DNA of 47,514 bases from Chromera velia (lineage: Eukaryota): contig JAHBMJ010000446.1 in NCBI GenBank assembly GCA_018398765.1, forward strand, positions 1 through 47,514, in the 5' to 3' direction. Of the stretch, positions 23,783 to 36,760 are shown piece by piece; position 1 is the stretch's first letter, and each line of letters starts with the position of its first letter. A program made the position numbers and the translations under genes. The notes under the pieces were generated by a model, which saw only the letters and a program-made list of their open reading frames with translations, was not told the DNA's origin and made no database searches.

Positions 23783-25481
23783 CGTTGCCGAAGACAGAGC
23801 TGCATGCTGGGGAGACACCTTCCTTCCCCCTCTCTATCAGAACGCCATTCTGCAAGCAAGGTTGCATTTCTGCCAGTTATGTGCAAGGGGCCAAACAGAA
23901 CAAGACGCACCGTCTTCACCAATCTCTCCATGCAATCAGCACATCGAGCAGTCAGAGAGAGAAACCGACAAGGAAGGAAGGAAAACAAAGGACTGCATGG
24001 AATCAATCACCTAACGCATCCATCCATCCACTATTTAATCATGCACTTCCATCGATCCCTCACCTGCAGCGTACTCACAGACGCTCTCCGGAGCCCCTGT
24101 CACACAAAGGGACTGGACCATTTCATCACAAAAGACCCTCCCCCCAGCGAACTCGGGGGAGTCAACGTGAGTCACACTTGCCGAAGGGCCCCGAGCAGAA
24201 AACACGGGCAACGCGCCTGCACAAACCACAGAAAGAAGCACACATGCTCATCAAAACCAATCCACACGCACACAAGATTCACCAGTAAACACCATCAGCC
24301 GTACAAGAAGGAAATAAAAAAAGGAGACCAGGAGCCACATCAAATGACCGCAATGTATACTCAACACCCAAAAATATGGACCGCATCATTGAAAATTTTG
24401 AGTCGTTTGATTCTGTTCACATATGTTTGTCCCTCCCCCGCGATACGGTCTACACTTATCCTTCCTCTCCCACTCACCTGCGTTCGTGAGACCCCCCATC
24501 TGCACGGGCACCTGCGGCCACCACGCAGACGGGTCCAGAAACCTCAGGTTCCCTGCGTGCTTCAGTTCAGCTATCACGGGGGCAAGTTCAACCAGCGCCC
24601 TCTCCGTCTGCAACGACGAGCTTCCACTCTGACCCCCTTCCGCAAAGGTCACCCCATTCAGTACCGAGGGGGGCTGTCCCTGACCCTGTCTCTTTGCTTG
24701 TGAACCGTCTCCGTGCAAAAGCGATGCGCTCCAGTGCTGCACACGTAACGCCTGCACCTTGTGACACACCATCACCACATCGACATCCCAGAGCCGGGAT
24801 GAGCTGCCATCCGAGCAAGAGATCCCACTGGAGGGCCCTGCCATCTGCATGGCAGTGTGCAAATACGGACCCCAAGTAAGCGAGGGGTCAGATGCGGTTT
24901 TCAATCCCTTTGCCCAGTCGGCTGTTGCTTCTGCATCATGTGCAGTTGAAAAAACCAAAACGCTAGACGCTTCCAGCACCCCAGCCCGTACTAGATCTCC
25001 AGCCCGTAAAGCAGACCCCTCCATCACGGCTGTGAAATTACTGTAGGGCTCTAGAAAAAGAAGGGACGACCATGGGGGGGGGACAAGGGGGGAAAGAACA
25101 AGAGCGTTCCACCTTCCAGATCGCCGTAAACCATCTAAGAAAACCCCTAACGTTCTAGGCCAGCCACACACAAGAACAAATGGAGCGTGGCTGTCCCTCC
25201 AGACTCTCTTCCGAGCTTGTCGAACCGAGTCAACCAAAAGCCGTCTCCTCCCCCCCCTGTCACTCCTCTCCGACGCGTTCCGTCCCTTGCCCCCCCTCCC
25301 ACATGATGCACACACAGCGACCCCCTCATCCTCTCCACCCTCCCTCTCTCTATAAGACTTCGTTGAACGGTTGGACGCCGAACGACAAAGTGAAACTGCA
25401 CACACACACACACACACACTCACTCACTCACTCACTCACTCACTCACTCAGTCTCTCTCGCGCTCCCTCTGTCTCTTTCTT

Positions 25482-25520
<39 letters not shown>

Positions 25521-25902
25521 GACGCGCAAAAATAAAGAGGAAGGGTGACAGAGGAAGCGGCTGTCACTAAAGCTTGCCGAGATGACGGTCCACACTGGAA
25601 AGACACAAACAAGGATGACAACTTGAGTGAGGACACGATTTGATTCACTGCGCTTGAAGATGCCAAGACGAACAGTTGGAGGGCAGCAACGGAGAAGAGG
25701 GGAAGAGGATGGGAGGATACACGATCGAGGAAGGAAGGAAAGAAGGAAGGAAAGAAAGAAAGAAAAGAAAGAAAAGAAAGAAAAGAAAGAAAAAAAAGAA
25801 AAGAAAGAAAAAAAAGAAAAGAAAGAAAGAAAGAAAGACAGAAAGACAGAAAGAAAGAAAGAAAGAAAAGAAAGAAAAGAAAGAAAAGAAAGAAAGAAAG
25901 AA

Positions 25903-25933
<31 letters not shown>

Positions 25934-25975
25934 GAAGAAAGAAAGAAAGGAAGAAAGAAAGAAAGAAAGAAAGAA

Positions 25976-26015
<40 letters not shown>

Positions 26016-26779
26016 AAAGTGACTGACTTGCAGACATGTCAGAGTCTTTTCTCCGCCTCCGTCGAACTCCCACCTCCTGCAGATCCCCCCCCAAACGCCC
26101 TCCTCCGAACCCTTCCTGGCACTCCCCTTCCCCCTCTCCCTCAAACTCCACCCCACTCGCGGCACTCGCCACCGAATCCTTACTGTTGCTCTGCTCTCGG
26201 TACAAATTCAATGGAGTCTTTTCACTTGCCAGCAAACGGGTGCCGAAATTCGGCGTCTGGGCCAGTTCCGTCCCGACTACTTCGCCTGTCTTCCCATGCA
26301 AGCTCTCACGCCCGAGGGGACGTGAGGGAACGGGCGTTTGGGGAGGGTCTGTTGGAGCTCCGGTTGTTTGTTGGGGTACCTGTGTGACTGGCGAGGCTGG
26401 AGCGGAGACTGTGACAAAGGGAAGAACAGGGCCCGTTGGTTCGATTGTGGGGGCTTCGGGAGGCACGACTGCGTGTGTGGCAATGCGCTCTAGTGTGTCT
26501 CGGCACGTTGCGAGGAGAACGAGGGAGTCCCCTGCCTCCACTCTGCACTCTCACACACACAGGGGGAAAGGAAAATGAGCGGACGTACAACATTCTTACA
26601 GGTGTCAGAGAGCCAGCCAATGAATTAGTCGTTCTGCCACAGAGATACAGTCAGCCACTCTTACAGTGAGAAAACAAAAAAATCACGCTGCTTTCTCACT
26701 CGAGTTGAAGAATACTCGCGTCGAGGAACCCATTATGCAGCTGTGCATCTCTCTCTCTCTTTCCCTCCCTCCCTCTCTC

Positions 26780-26831
<52 letters not shown>

Positions 26832-29800
26832 ACTCTCTGTTTCGCCCTCTTTCTCTTTCTCTCTCTGTCTCTCTCTCTCACACACACACACACAGACGCA
26901 CACACTCACTCACTCTCACTCTCACTCACCCTCACACAGACAGGTCGAGAGACTCACTTGAATCCTTCCGGAGGAGCCAAGATGGCAACTTCCCGTCCCA
27001 GTCCTTCACGCCCCCCCTTTGCTGTTGCCATTGCAAGATGACCAAGCTGTGCCATCTCCCACTGAGAGGCGTATGTGGACACTGAATGCCTTGGGGGCAT
27101 GGGGGGATACTGGTCGGAGGGTTCGCTCCCCGACCCTGTGCTTTTCGCCCGGGCGGCAAAAGAAAAAGGAGCCGCGGGGTTGGTGCGGTTCTGGAGGTCT
27201 TCGTCTGTGTCCATATGATGTACAAATGCCATGGCCATAGACTCACTTCTATCGACAAGCAGCGAGAGCCCCCCTTGGTCCCCCACCCCCCGGGGGAAAC
27301 TCAGTCCCCCTGACGCTTCCTCAGTCTGCCTGTGCCCATTCTCTTCGATCTGCGGTTCTCCCGTTGTGACCGCTTCTGAACTCTCTTGCGATATATGTGG
27401 AGCAAAACCAACCGCTCGACCCTGTGACTCTGTAGGCGGTCCGTTTTGTATCTGACCCTTTTGAGGTCTGACAGGAAATTTAAAGAACTGCTGCTCTTCA
27501 CCGGTCTGCGAAGGAAACCCTCCTGAGTGAGAGTGGCGACGGAAATCTATAGAATCCCCCGGTGTTACAGCTGCGCCCCTTCCCCTTTGAGGCATTGGAC
27601 TCCCCCCCCCCTGGCCCAATGGCATTGGACTCCCCCCCCCCTGGCCCAATTCTTCATCGTCTTCATACTCTCTCTCCAAGTCGGCAGCCTGCTGTCTGCT
27701 GTCGCACCAGGGCCGCGAATTACTTTTCCGAATCCTCGCAGGACCCACGCCCCTTGCAGCGAGAGCGAAACTCAAAGAACGGCCTATCGTGAAAGCCAAT
27801 CCCCCCAACCCGCCAACAGATTCTTCCTTTGGCGTCTTCACCCCCCACCCATTATTTCCCTGTTGCAGCTGCCCCCACAACGGCTCCGGAACGTCTTCAC
27901 CCCCTGGAGGCGGCACACCTGTGGAGGCCCTAGCAGTGCTCCAGATGCTAGACGAGGGCCTTCTTCCGGGAACACCTGTGCCGGGGTTCAGAGACGGACG
28001 GCGAAGAACCCCCACACATGTGACGCCAAATTGACTCCTCAGGTATAGCACCAGCGCCTGCAACCAAGCAAGAAAGCATTCAAAGCGTGCACGCCTGGAT
28101 ACTCGCTCTCTGATGCTCTCACCCAACCACTCCCCCATTCAGTCACGTGTTCAACAACAGGAGCCACGCCCTTACCTCACCAGCATCCAGAATCACTCTT
28201 CCTGTCCCCCATAACGTTCGGCAATCACTCATACAGTGTCTAACCCCCGGCCAAACAAAGTTGATCATCTCTAAAGACTAAAAACTCCTACACTCACTCG
28301 CAGACCAGCCACCCCCTCACTCGTTTATTTCCTCTCTCGCAGACTCACTCACTGACTGACCCGAAAGGAGACACGATCGAAGGAATCGGGGGCGCGGCAT
28401 CTGTACAGTTTCCACTCGCACCCCTCCGCATACTCAGCGAAGTTGCACTCCGCGAGCCTGCACGGAAGGAAGGGGTTGTCAATCAAACAGAAGGAGAGGA
28501 GATATAGCCACTTCAGAGGTAGAACCTAGAACTAGCAATGTACACAAGAGGACAGACTGCAAGGAAGGACGATCAAAAAAAGGCGACAAGAGACGTGTAG
28601 GTGCTTGGAATTGGAAGCGAAGAGTCACGCAGTCACACAAAGAAGACGGAGGATCCGGGAGGTGTTCGAAGGAAAAAGACAACAGAGACAAGTGATGAAC
28701 ACCCTTCTCTCCGGGATGCACCTCTGTGCTTTTTGGTAAAACCCACAACTCTCTGAGCGGCTCGACATGAGTACACAATGTGCAGCACGATACCAAATCA
28801 ATCAATCCATTGATTCTCTTCTGCTTACCCACCTGCATGCGCCGCCTTCCCTCGGGATATCGTGTCTACAGGATCGGAGTCTCTTCTGTTCCGCCGTCTT
28901 CTTCCCCTTTCTCCCGAACCCTGCCGCAACCTTCGCAATTAATCTTCTCCAGGGTCTCTTCCGGCGGCTCTCCGTCTCTGTGACTTGACGCTGCTGCCTC
29001 TCAGACCTCCCGGGGCCGTGCGCAGGCCGAGCGCCCTCTCTCATCATGTTGCTCACCTGCAGCAGGGAGGGAGGGAGACCCGAAGAAGGAAGGAAGGAAG
29101 GAAGGGAAAGATTACTTTTGGGAAGTGGAAAGAAGAGAACGGCCCGAGCCGATGAGCAGGTCCAACAGTCAGAGTACCTGGCGAAAAACTGTCACAGTTA
29201 GGTGAAGGCCCACCCATTGCTCCCGGGCCGTCGTTCTTGTTTTTCTGATCTGCTACAAAAGAGACGGCTCTCATTGCCGCTCTCAGTCCAACTCGGAAAA
29301 ACAGAAACCCAGAAAATGGAAACAGGGACGCAAACAGACAGCTAGAGGGACAGAAAGCAAACTGACGAGGGTGATCACTCCAGGCGTTGTCGTTGCAGAA
29401 GATGCCAGCAGTCTCATTTTCACCTGTGGGCAGGCAGGAGGACATACGAGACAACGACATGAAAACAGGGAGGGGTGGTATCAGAGGGGGGAAGGGGAGG
29501 AAGGTCTTCGTTGTCTTCTGCTTTCAAGTCGCAAGAGCGCTTTCGTTCTCTCGTCTTCTGTGGATAGTATTTGATGAAAAATATGAGATTGATCTAACAG
29601 CCTGCTGACCTCATTGAAGCATACAACCTCGCGGACCCCAATGGAGAGGAGGACAGACTTGAGACTGTCCTGGTTCAGTTGCACAACCACCCGGCTCATC
29701 GGAACAAATTTACGAAGACCTGCATGGACACGCAGGCAGTGAATGAAAGTGGACACAGAGAGTCGTGAAGAAAAAGTGGGTGGAGAGAGGGGAGAGCAAA

Positions 29801-32800
29801 TATGCTCCGAAAGACGTTTCGTGCAAACGCAGAGAGGGAAAGCAGTGGAGTTTCAACGACGTCCATTTATGCTCTCTCTTCTACATACTTGCCCCTCCGT
29901 AAATTAAGGCAGTCCAAAGAGGTCTTCAGTCCCTGATTGACGTTGTCTGAACAACAAAAGACACCAAGCGCTTTCTCATAAAGAGCGGTCGGTTGAAGAA
30001 GTAGCATATCAACTATCTGTCTTAGAGGGTGTGTCGTCCAACCATGTGAGTATCTCTATCTCACGTTTTCTCTCAGTCCCTGTCTCTGTCCTTCTTCTCT
30101 TGCTTGATGTTCCGTCCTGTCTGCCTACTCTCTCGACTCTTTGCAAAACAGAAATTCCTTTTTGCTGCCGAAGAACCCGAAGAGACACGCCCGCTTGACT
30201 AGTCACCCACACACCCACTCACTCACTCACCGAGGCAACGGATGATGGTCTGTCTGTCCTCCTCAGCCAGGGCGGTCGTTTTTGAATTGGACACCACGAA
30301 GATTACCCTGTGGGGGGATATCAACGAAAGGGAGAGACAACAAGCGCAGGGAGGACACAGAGCAGCAAACAAGAAATGAAGGATACAGCTGAAAAGAGGA
30401 TCGACAGGGTCCCGCTGGACCTGGCAATATCTTTCTTTCACACAGCTTCCCCATGCCCGAACCAACGAAGTTGGTGTGGCGTGGGACTGGGCAATTCCTT
30501 TTCGCAGTTTCTTTTCTCTCTCGCACCTACTCCCCTCTTTCACCTACTCACCCACTCCCTGACTCTACCGAACCAACTGACTTGGCGTACTGTGTCTGGA
30601 CGGCCTGCAGGTCCCCCAGCTGCCCCAGATCTCCAGCGTCCCCCGACTTCACGCACAGACTGCGCGCACACGCTCAAACAGTACAAGGAGGATATGAAAA
30701 CCGGACATATAGAGACTGCACCGGCACAAGATGCGGCCAGCAAGCCAAAGAAAAGTCCTACCAGAGATACGAAAGCAAGATAAGCGAGAGATAGGATTCC
30801 CACGTAGGGTGCATGCACGCAGTCACATACACACTTGCAGGGAAAAGACGCACGTTCAGGCAGGAGAAGGCGGGGTCGAGAGAAAGAGATAAAGCGGAGA
30901 GGCAAACAGATAGACAGAGAGACAGACAGGCAAACATACCTGATCCCAAAAGATTCAAACGCTCTGCACTGAGCGTCCAGGTACAAAGAGGGACTTTCCG
31001 GGGTCAACAGGACGACTTTCCTGCATGCAAACAGGCAAGGAAACATGCGCACAGGGTCAATTGCACACACCCGCATCCGCAACAAAACAAAGAGGGAAGG
31101 GTGTGACCGCAGACGCGGGGAGAGTCTCACTTATCGACGAAGTGAATGGAATCAGGCCGTCAGACGGGTGCGTGTGAGGTCGCTAGCGCTTTTTACAACC
31201 CGTTTCATATCTTTCTGTTTCTGCCCTTTCTTCTTCTCGTTCTTCCATCTCGGCGAGTAAGTGTGCGTGACAGAGAAAACGTGTGTAGACACCAGTGCGA
31301 ATGAATAAAAGGGCCTCGTTCCCTCTTCCACCGCCCACTTGCTCTGATTAAGCAGTAGACGCGAAAAGGAGATGAGAGAGTGAAGGATAGAAACAGAGCC
31401 AAGCCGACAGACAGGCAGACAGGCAGAGAGGAGGACGCACTTGGGGGGCACACCCGAGAACGCCGCGACCTCTTCCAGGAACGCGTCCAGCTGCTCCAGA
31501 GGCATGCGGCCGATCAGAAGGACAAAGTGACCTCTGTCCCACCTGCATAAGGTCATGTCCGTGAGAGACAGGTAGACAACAGAACAAGGGGATCCGTCGA
31601 TCCATCGAGCCATTCCGAGCCATGATTTTTCCTTTCATCAATCTACCCACCCCCCGAGGGGTGTATAGGAGCATACGAACAGATCAAGGCGACACATAAA
31701 TATTCGCACGCCAAATAAGGACAGGGCGGGGCAAAAAGGGAGATATAAAGGGATAGATGTACAGAGAGAGAACAACGTAATAATGCATGCTGTTGGCCTC
31801 AATCCATCTGACTGAGCGGCTGACCAATTCAAATGAATGTGTGGATCACAAAGAAAGAGTGATTGAGTGAACGACAGACAGACTGATCCACTGATGGACG
31901 CACGCCCCTGAACTGAAACATTATTGGCAGGCACTCGCCATCCTCTTTCAACCCGCCTTACTGGCTGCCTCCCTGCCAGACTAACTAATTTATTTATTAA
32001 CTGCCAGACTGACTGTGCGGGGAGGGCCCCAATTTGAGTGATGGGCAGCCGGGACAGGGCGATGAGCTGTTGGACCTCGTAGGGGATCACCATCACAATC
32101 AGTGCAATCGCAATGATGGCAAACCACCTGCACGAAAAGAGCAGCACAGGATCTAAGCTTACCCGCACTTGCAAACACCAAAGAAAAGAAGCCGAAGAAT
32201 AGGACACAGGGTCGCGTGCGTTGCGCCCTCTCCACATTTCCCGATCCCACCGCAAGCACAGATACAAGCAGAAACTAGAGAGAGACTGTTTAATCGCTTT
32301 GCTGACTTGGAGATTGTGTTCTTCGGTGCGAAGTCTCCGTACCCAACGGTGGAGATGGTGACGATCGAGAAGAAGATGAAGTCAGGGAACAAAGTGTCGT
32401 ACGGCTGCCTGACATGGCTCTCCCTGTGCCCTTCCACGACGAACATGGCCGAGGCAAACATCAACACGATGGACAGAAGGGCCAAAAAGATGGACAGGAT
32501 CTGGAGACGGGAAGGTGATGCTGTCGGAAAGATGACCTGGCAGAGAAAGGAAAAGGAAAAGGAAGGATTAATGAGTAAGGAAGTGCAAATGTAGATGACT
32601 AAATGAAAAACGACTCTACTCAAATTCATGAACGAGTCGGAGGGAAGAAACGAAGCGAGAGGAAAGGAAAAGAACGGAAGGGAGAAATTCCAGAACGGAA
32701 GGGAAGAAGAAGAAGAAGAAGAAGAAGAAGAAGAAGGAGAAGAAGCAGAGAGATGGCAGAGAAATACAGGTAGACGCTCCTCCTCCAGTCACTCCCGATC

Positions 32801-33956
32801 AGCAAACCGATTGATGGATTGATTGCCTTCGCAGAAGACATGCATGCATGAGGCATGCAGGCAGGCATGCAGGCATACAGGCAGGCGGACCTTGAGTGTG
32901 GGGGTCAACCCGAAGAGGCGCCAAAACCGGACCCACCCCACATAGAGCAGATAATACTGCGGTTTCAGTTTTTCCAGTCCGAACATCTTCGCTCCCCAGC
33001 CTGTCACCGTGACCAGCCAAATGACCGGAGGTAAGGTCAGAAGGTCAGTCAGAGAGTGGAGGGAGAAAAAGAAACTCAAAGGTCTGTGAACTGTCACGAA
33101 GTCCCAACAGAAGTCGATGACAAAAGATGCTTGCGAAAGCTTCTCGAGCTCTTCGTACCATTTTTCCACTAGGCTGCACGCACAGTTGAGAGCAGAACAG
33201 GAAAGAAAGGTTGATTTGTAAGGAGAGTCTTACACAGCGTCATAAAACAAAGGATACAAAACGCAGAGAAAGAGAGGAAGTCAAGAGAGGAAAACAACGA
33301 GGACAGGAGCTGAAAAATACACAAAGCTCTTGGTCATTCTCCTCTGACCCCTCCTTCCAACTTCACCCTCTCTGTTTGAAGGACAAAACTGACTCAAAGT
33401 TCCAAGGCACGGTTGGGTCCTTCCTTCTCCATGACTGTGTGTTGATGAGCCAAATGAGTGTCCAGGTAAGCGTTCGAAGCAGCTGGCTGAAGACATACGC
33501 TTGAGAGGTCAGGATGTCCTCAAGAAAAGGAAGCCGGCCCCTACCACACCGAAGAGCTCCTTTCACCGGACGGCTCCAAGACTGAACCCTCGTTCCAGTG
33601 CTCATCACTGGAAGGAACACCAGCTTCAGCATCAGAGCACCCACCACACAGAAGGCCAGAGTATACAAAGGTCCTGTGATCAGTTCAAGGGCACGGTTGG
33701 TACTCAGGGCGTATCCCAGGTCTTCGATGGCTTTCTCATCCGCCACCATGAAGTATGTCAAGATAAAGATCACAACCACTACAGCCGACAGTATGTGACG
33801 CAGCAAGGCGCCAACGAGCCTCAAAGCGTCCGGCCGGATAAGCCATGTGAAGATGCTAGTCTGCTCTACGAAGCTGTCTGCTACTGGAGGGGGAGGAGGA
33901 GCACGAGGGCCTCGCTGGTCCTCCAGACCCCTCCTCTTTCGAACGACTGATGCCAT
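22118..33956 (-). CDS. Slo/BK-family potassium channel with two RCK domains, 19 exons, ~1743 aa
   Basis: Selectivity filter TISTVGYGD, S5/S6 helices, RCK motifs (HFVLLIG, AKVIFVVSN...EEDRQTIIRCL, VVCFNEVKMRLLA, EGSALRAGDLVRAGV, IAELKHAGNLRFLD, PEFAGGRVF, YVVCCP...DRLFLL). Exons: 33956-33367, 33173-32891, 32536-32307, 32127-32014, 31542-31441, 31020-30940, 30659-30582, 30307-30231, 29719-29610, 29423-29367, 29056-28833, 28457-28361, 28057-26958, 26542-26028, 25395-24478, 24216-24064, 23620-23571, 22846-22545, 22268-22118. All introns are GT-AG and phase-consistent (5232 nt total). Confidence 0.93.
25730..26018. repeat. Intronic (GAAA)n microsatellite
   Basis: Directly visible, inside channel intron 14. 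Confidence 0.95.
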
Positions 33957-34194
33957 CCGCCGCCTCAGTCGCTACCTTGGGTGCATGACCGGTAGGCCTG
34001 TCAATTCTCCTTCAGACTTCCAGGCAATCACAGATGCACATTACAGCTGAACTGATGAGCAAAGGATTTGAGACAAAAAATGCAGAAAGCGTTTGCCAGA
34101 AGAGTTTCTGACAGTGACCAAGATCAGATCACTCTCAGATCGTCTGACTTATATAGCTCGGTTAGAATCGATTTCTGTTGGAAAAATGTATGTG

Positions 34195-34230
34195 CATGCC
34201 CCCCCCCCCGCTTCGCTTTCCGGGGCCATG
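34195..34230 (-). promoter_or_regulatory. Recurrent upstream element TGGCCCCGGAAAGCGAAGCG, ~260 bp upstream of the K+ channel ATG
   Basis: The same core occurs at 17206, 17375, 42664, 42731 and 45304, with a variant at 45228. The regulatory role is inferred from position. Confidence 0.5.
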
Positions 34231-36126
34231 GACGCGTTTCGATTCAATAGCGATATACTGCAACACTCTAAAACTCTGGACTCGGGTCTGAGATCGGAAA
34301 TACAAGAAGTCCCAGGTACTCAAAGTGGTATCGAAGGACTCGGACACTCTCTCGACTTGTCTAGCGTCGTTTGTTTTGATACTTGTCCTCTTTGCGGGAG
34401 CAAGTTCTTTTTTTCGGTTCAAGTGTTGCCGACGGAGACGGCTGCAAAGGCATCTGTTGAGTTGTATTCTTAGTGCTTGTCTGTGAGCAGGATTTTGGCC
34501 TCTTCGTTCCCAGGATGGCCAAGCTGGATCTGTTCCAACTTGGACACCGAGAAGTTGATCGAACCTCCTCGTCGAGTCCCTGCCCAACAGCGCCACTTCG
34601 AAAAGTTTGTCGACTGGTTGCAGTCGTCGGCTCGGAGAGGCCTTAATTCCCGTGGACCATCGAACTGGACCAGCCGCCAGCGGGCCTCATGGGCTTCAGA
34701 ATGACGTCCATTGCGCCAAGTACCTCAACCTTGTCGCGTTCGGGAAGTAAGGCATGGCCTCCCAAGACAATGCTACTGGCGGCTGGATGACCTTGGACTA
34801 CATCAAGACTGCCATCTCCATTCAGCTGGGATTTCACCACGCAGCTGGTGCGACAGACTGGGTTCCCACTCCGTCAAACACGTTTTGTGGGGGGCAGCCT
34901 GAGGGCAACAAGGATGCGCGGCGACAAAGGTGCTGAAGTCGGTCGACCGCCTGCCAGAGAAAGGGAGGGGGCCGAAGAAGAAAGACCAGTGAGTGGCGTC
35001 ACATTGGCGTGAGGACATAAACATTCTTGTTCTCGAGGTGCGGCTTTCATCAGGCTTGCATGAGACGTCTCTTTTCAAGGAAGGCACAATTGCGTAAAAA
35101 CGCGAACATATATTTTTCCCCCATACAGAGAAGTGTTGCGGGTACTTGACCATGCTGATTCTTGTATGTGCGTTGAAGAGTGAACTTGCATTCGCGTGTG
35201 CGCGTTGCTCTCCAATCTTTTTTTCTGGATACATGTGGAGGTTTCCAAATCTGACGCGAGTTTGCAGATCAATCCGTTTCTGTTGCAAAAAGGAAATCAA
35301 TGTACGAAGGATTAACCATTCAGAGATTGCGTGTCTCTCAATCTTGTCGGTGCGGCCCCGTTCGATCTGTTTCATCCCGCCATCCATTGATTAGGTGTGT
35401 TCCGTGCTCGTTCCACATAAGTGCACCTTTCTGTCCTCTGCCCCCCAATCCCGGCAGGAAGAATTGTTTTCGAAAAGACCTATATCTATATATAGCTTGA
35501 TCGTCCTGACATTTCTATTTTGAAATTCCAACTTTCCCTTTTGTCCCTCACTCGTTTCTTTCCTTCTTGCCTTGCACGTGCCTGTCCTGCGTAACGGTTT
35601 CATGCAGTATGTCAATTGGGATGGAGCGACGTACCGCCATTAAAAGAGGAAGGGGTTGGGGTCATCCACGAGGCCCCCCTTCTTGTCTCTCGGTTTCTGT
35701 CCGTTTCTGTCATAGAAACGGTGCACAAAGCCAAAGTGTCCTTTCGTCCTGTGTCATTGGATCGATTTTTGGAGCAGTCCCTTCTGAGCAGCCCATAGAC
35801 CAAAGCATGCAAAGCGCAGACAGATTGTTGTTTGCTAGCGGCCTGGGAAACCAGGCGGGCTACGGGGTGTGGTGTGAGCCTCAGCGATGAAGTACACCCC
35901 CCTGCCGTTTGCGGGGGCGACCTCTATAAGACAAAACGGCGACAGTGCTCTAGGGTACCACTAAATCACTTATCACTCAATAGATCGATCATGTTATGCA
36001 TCACTTGATTCACTTCTAGCAGCATTACCATCTCTGTTCTGTTCACTTTAAACTACGTGCCTGCGGTTGCCCAGCTGCATATACCCTTAGGCTGACGGTC
36101 CTTCATGCGATATTCAGTGTTAAAAT

Positions 36127-36619
36127 TAGTGACCATGTTTGATTTGATAGATTTGGGTTTGGTTTAATTTGACTTGATTTGAGGTTAAGCCTCTAGATTT
36201 GCAAATCTAGGCGGATTTGAGGTTAGATTTGAGGTTTAACTTCACAGGTTCCCTAATATGCGAGCTCTCCAAGTTTTTACCAATAACAACTCGCAATTTT
36301 AGGTTTTTAACTGTTTAAGAAGAAATGATTCGATTTGAAACAACTTTGAAGCATATTTTTTAAAAGAATGGTGGAATGCTTTATTTTGTTCAGATGTGTT
36401 TTTGTTTGGTATGTTAAAGTTGCCTTTTTAACAATGAAAACGGGGGGTCTGGGGGGCAGAGCTCCACAGGGCATAGATTTGAGGTAAAAAGTCAGATTTG
36501 AGATAGATTTGATGTAGATTTGATAGGGGTGTCAGAGCAAGCCCCATCAGACCGGCAGAATTGATTTGAGGTTAAGCCCGACCTCAAATCAAATCAAATC
36601 AAATCAAACCTGGTCACTA
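36127..36619. mobile_element. hAT-like MITE (493 bp)
   Basis: 22-bp TIR TAGTGACCAKGTTTGATTTGAT (1 mismatch); flanks GTTAAAAT / GTTTGAAT (6/8, degenerate 8-bp TSD); many internal GATTTGA(GG) motifs. Confidence 0.8.
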
Positions 36620-36760
36620 GTTTGAATCAGCGTATGAGACGACCACGACTCGGAACACCATTTGGGGGCGCACATGCAGGTCGCGTTCCGAAATCAGAAT
36701 GCAAAGATCTCGACGCCTTTTTCCATTCGGAGTCGAGAGCTTGTTAGACTCTCTGCCTGC

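Noticed and set aside
23911..23938. Apparent 26-nt exon (DCMERLVKT) with a non-canonical TG acceptor in the channel gene
   Set aside because: A canonical exon at 23620-23571 (GASAVAALVWGGRSRER) bridges the same phases and fits the family pattern better.
23681..24703. 340-aa plus-strand ORF
   Set aside because: It is antisense to channel exons and introns, with low-complexity content.
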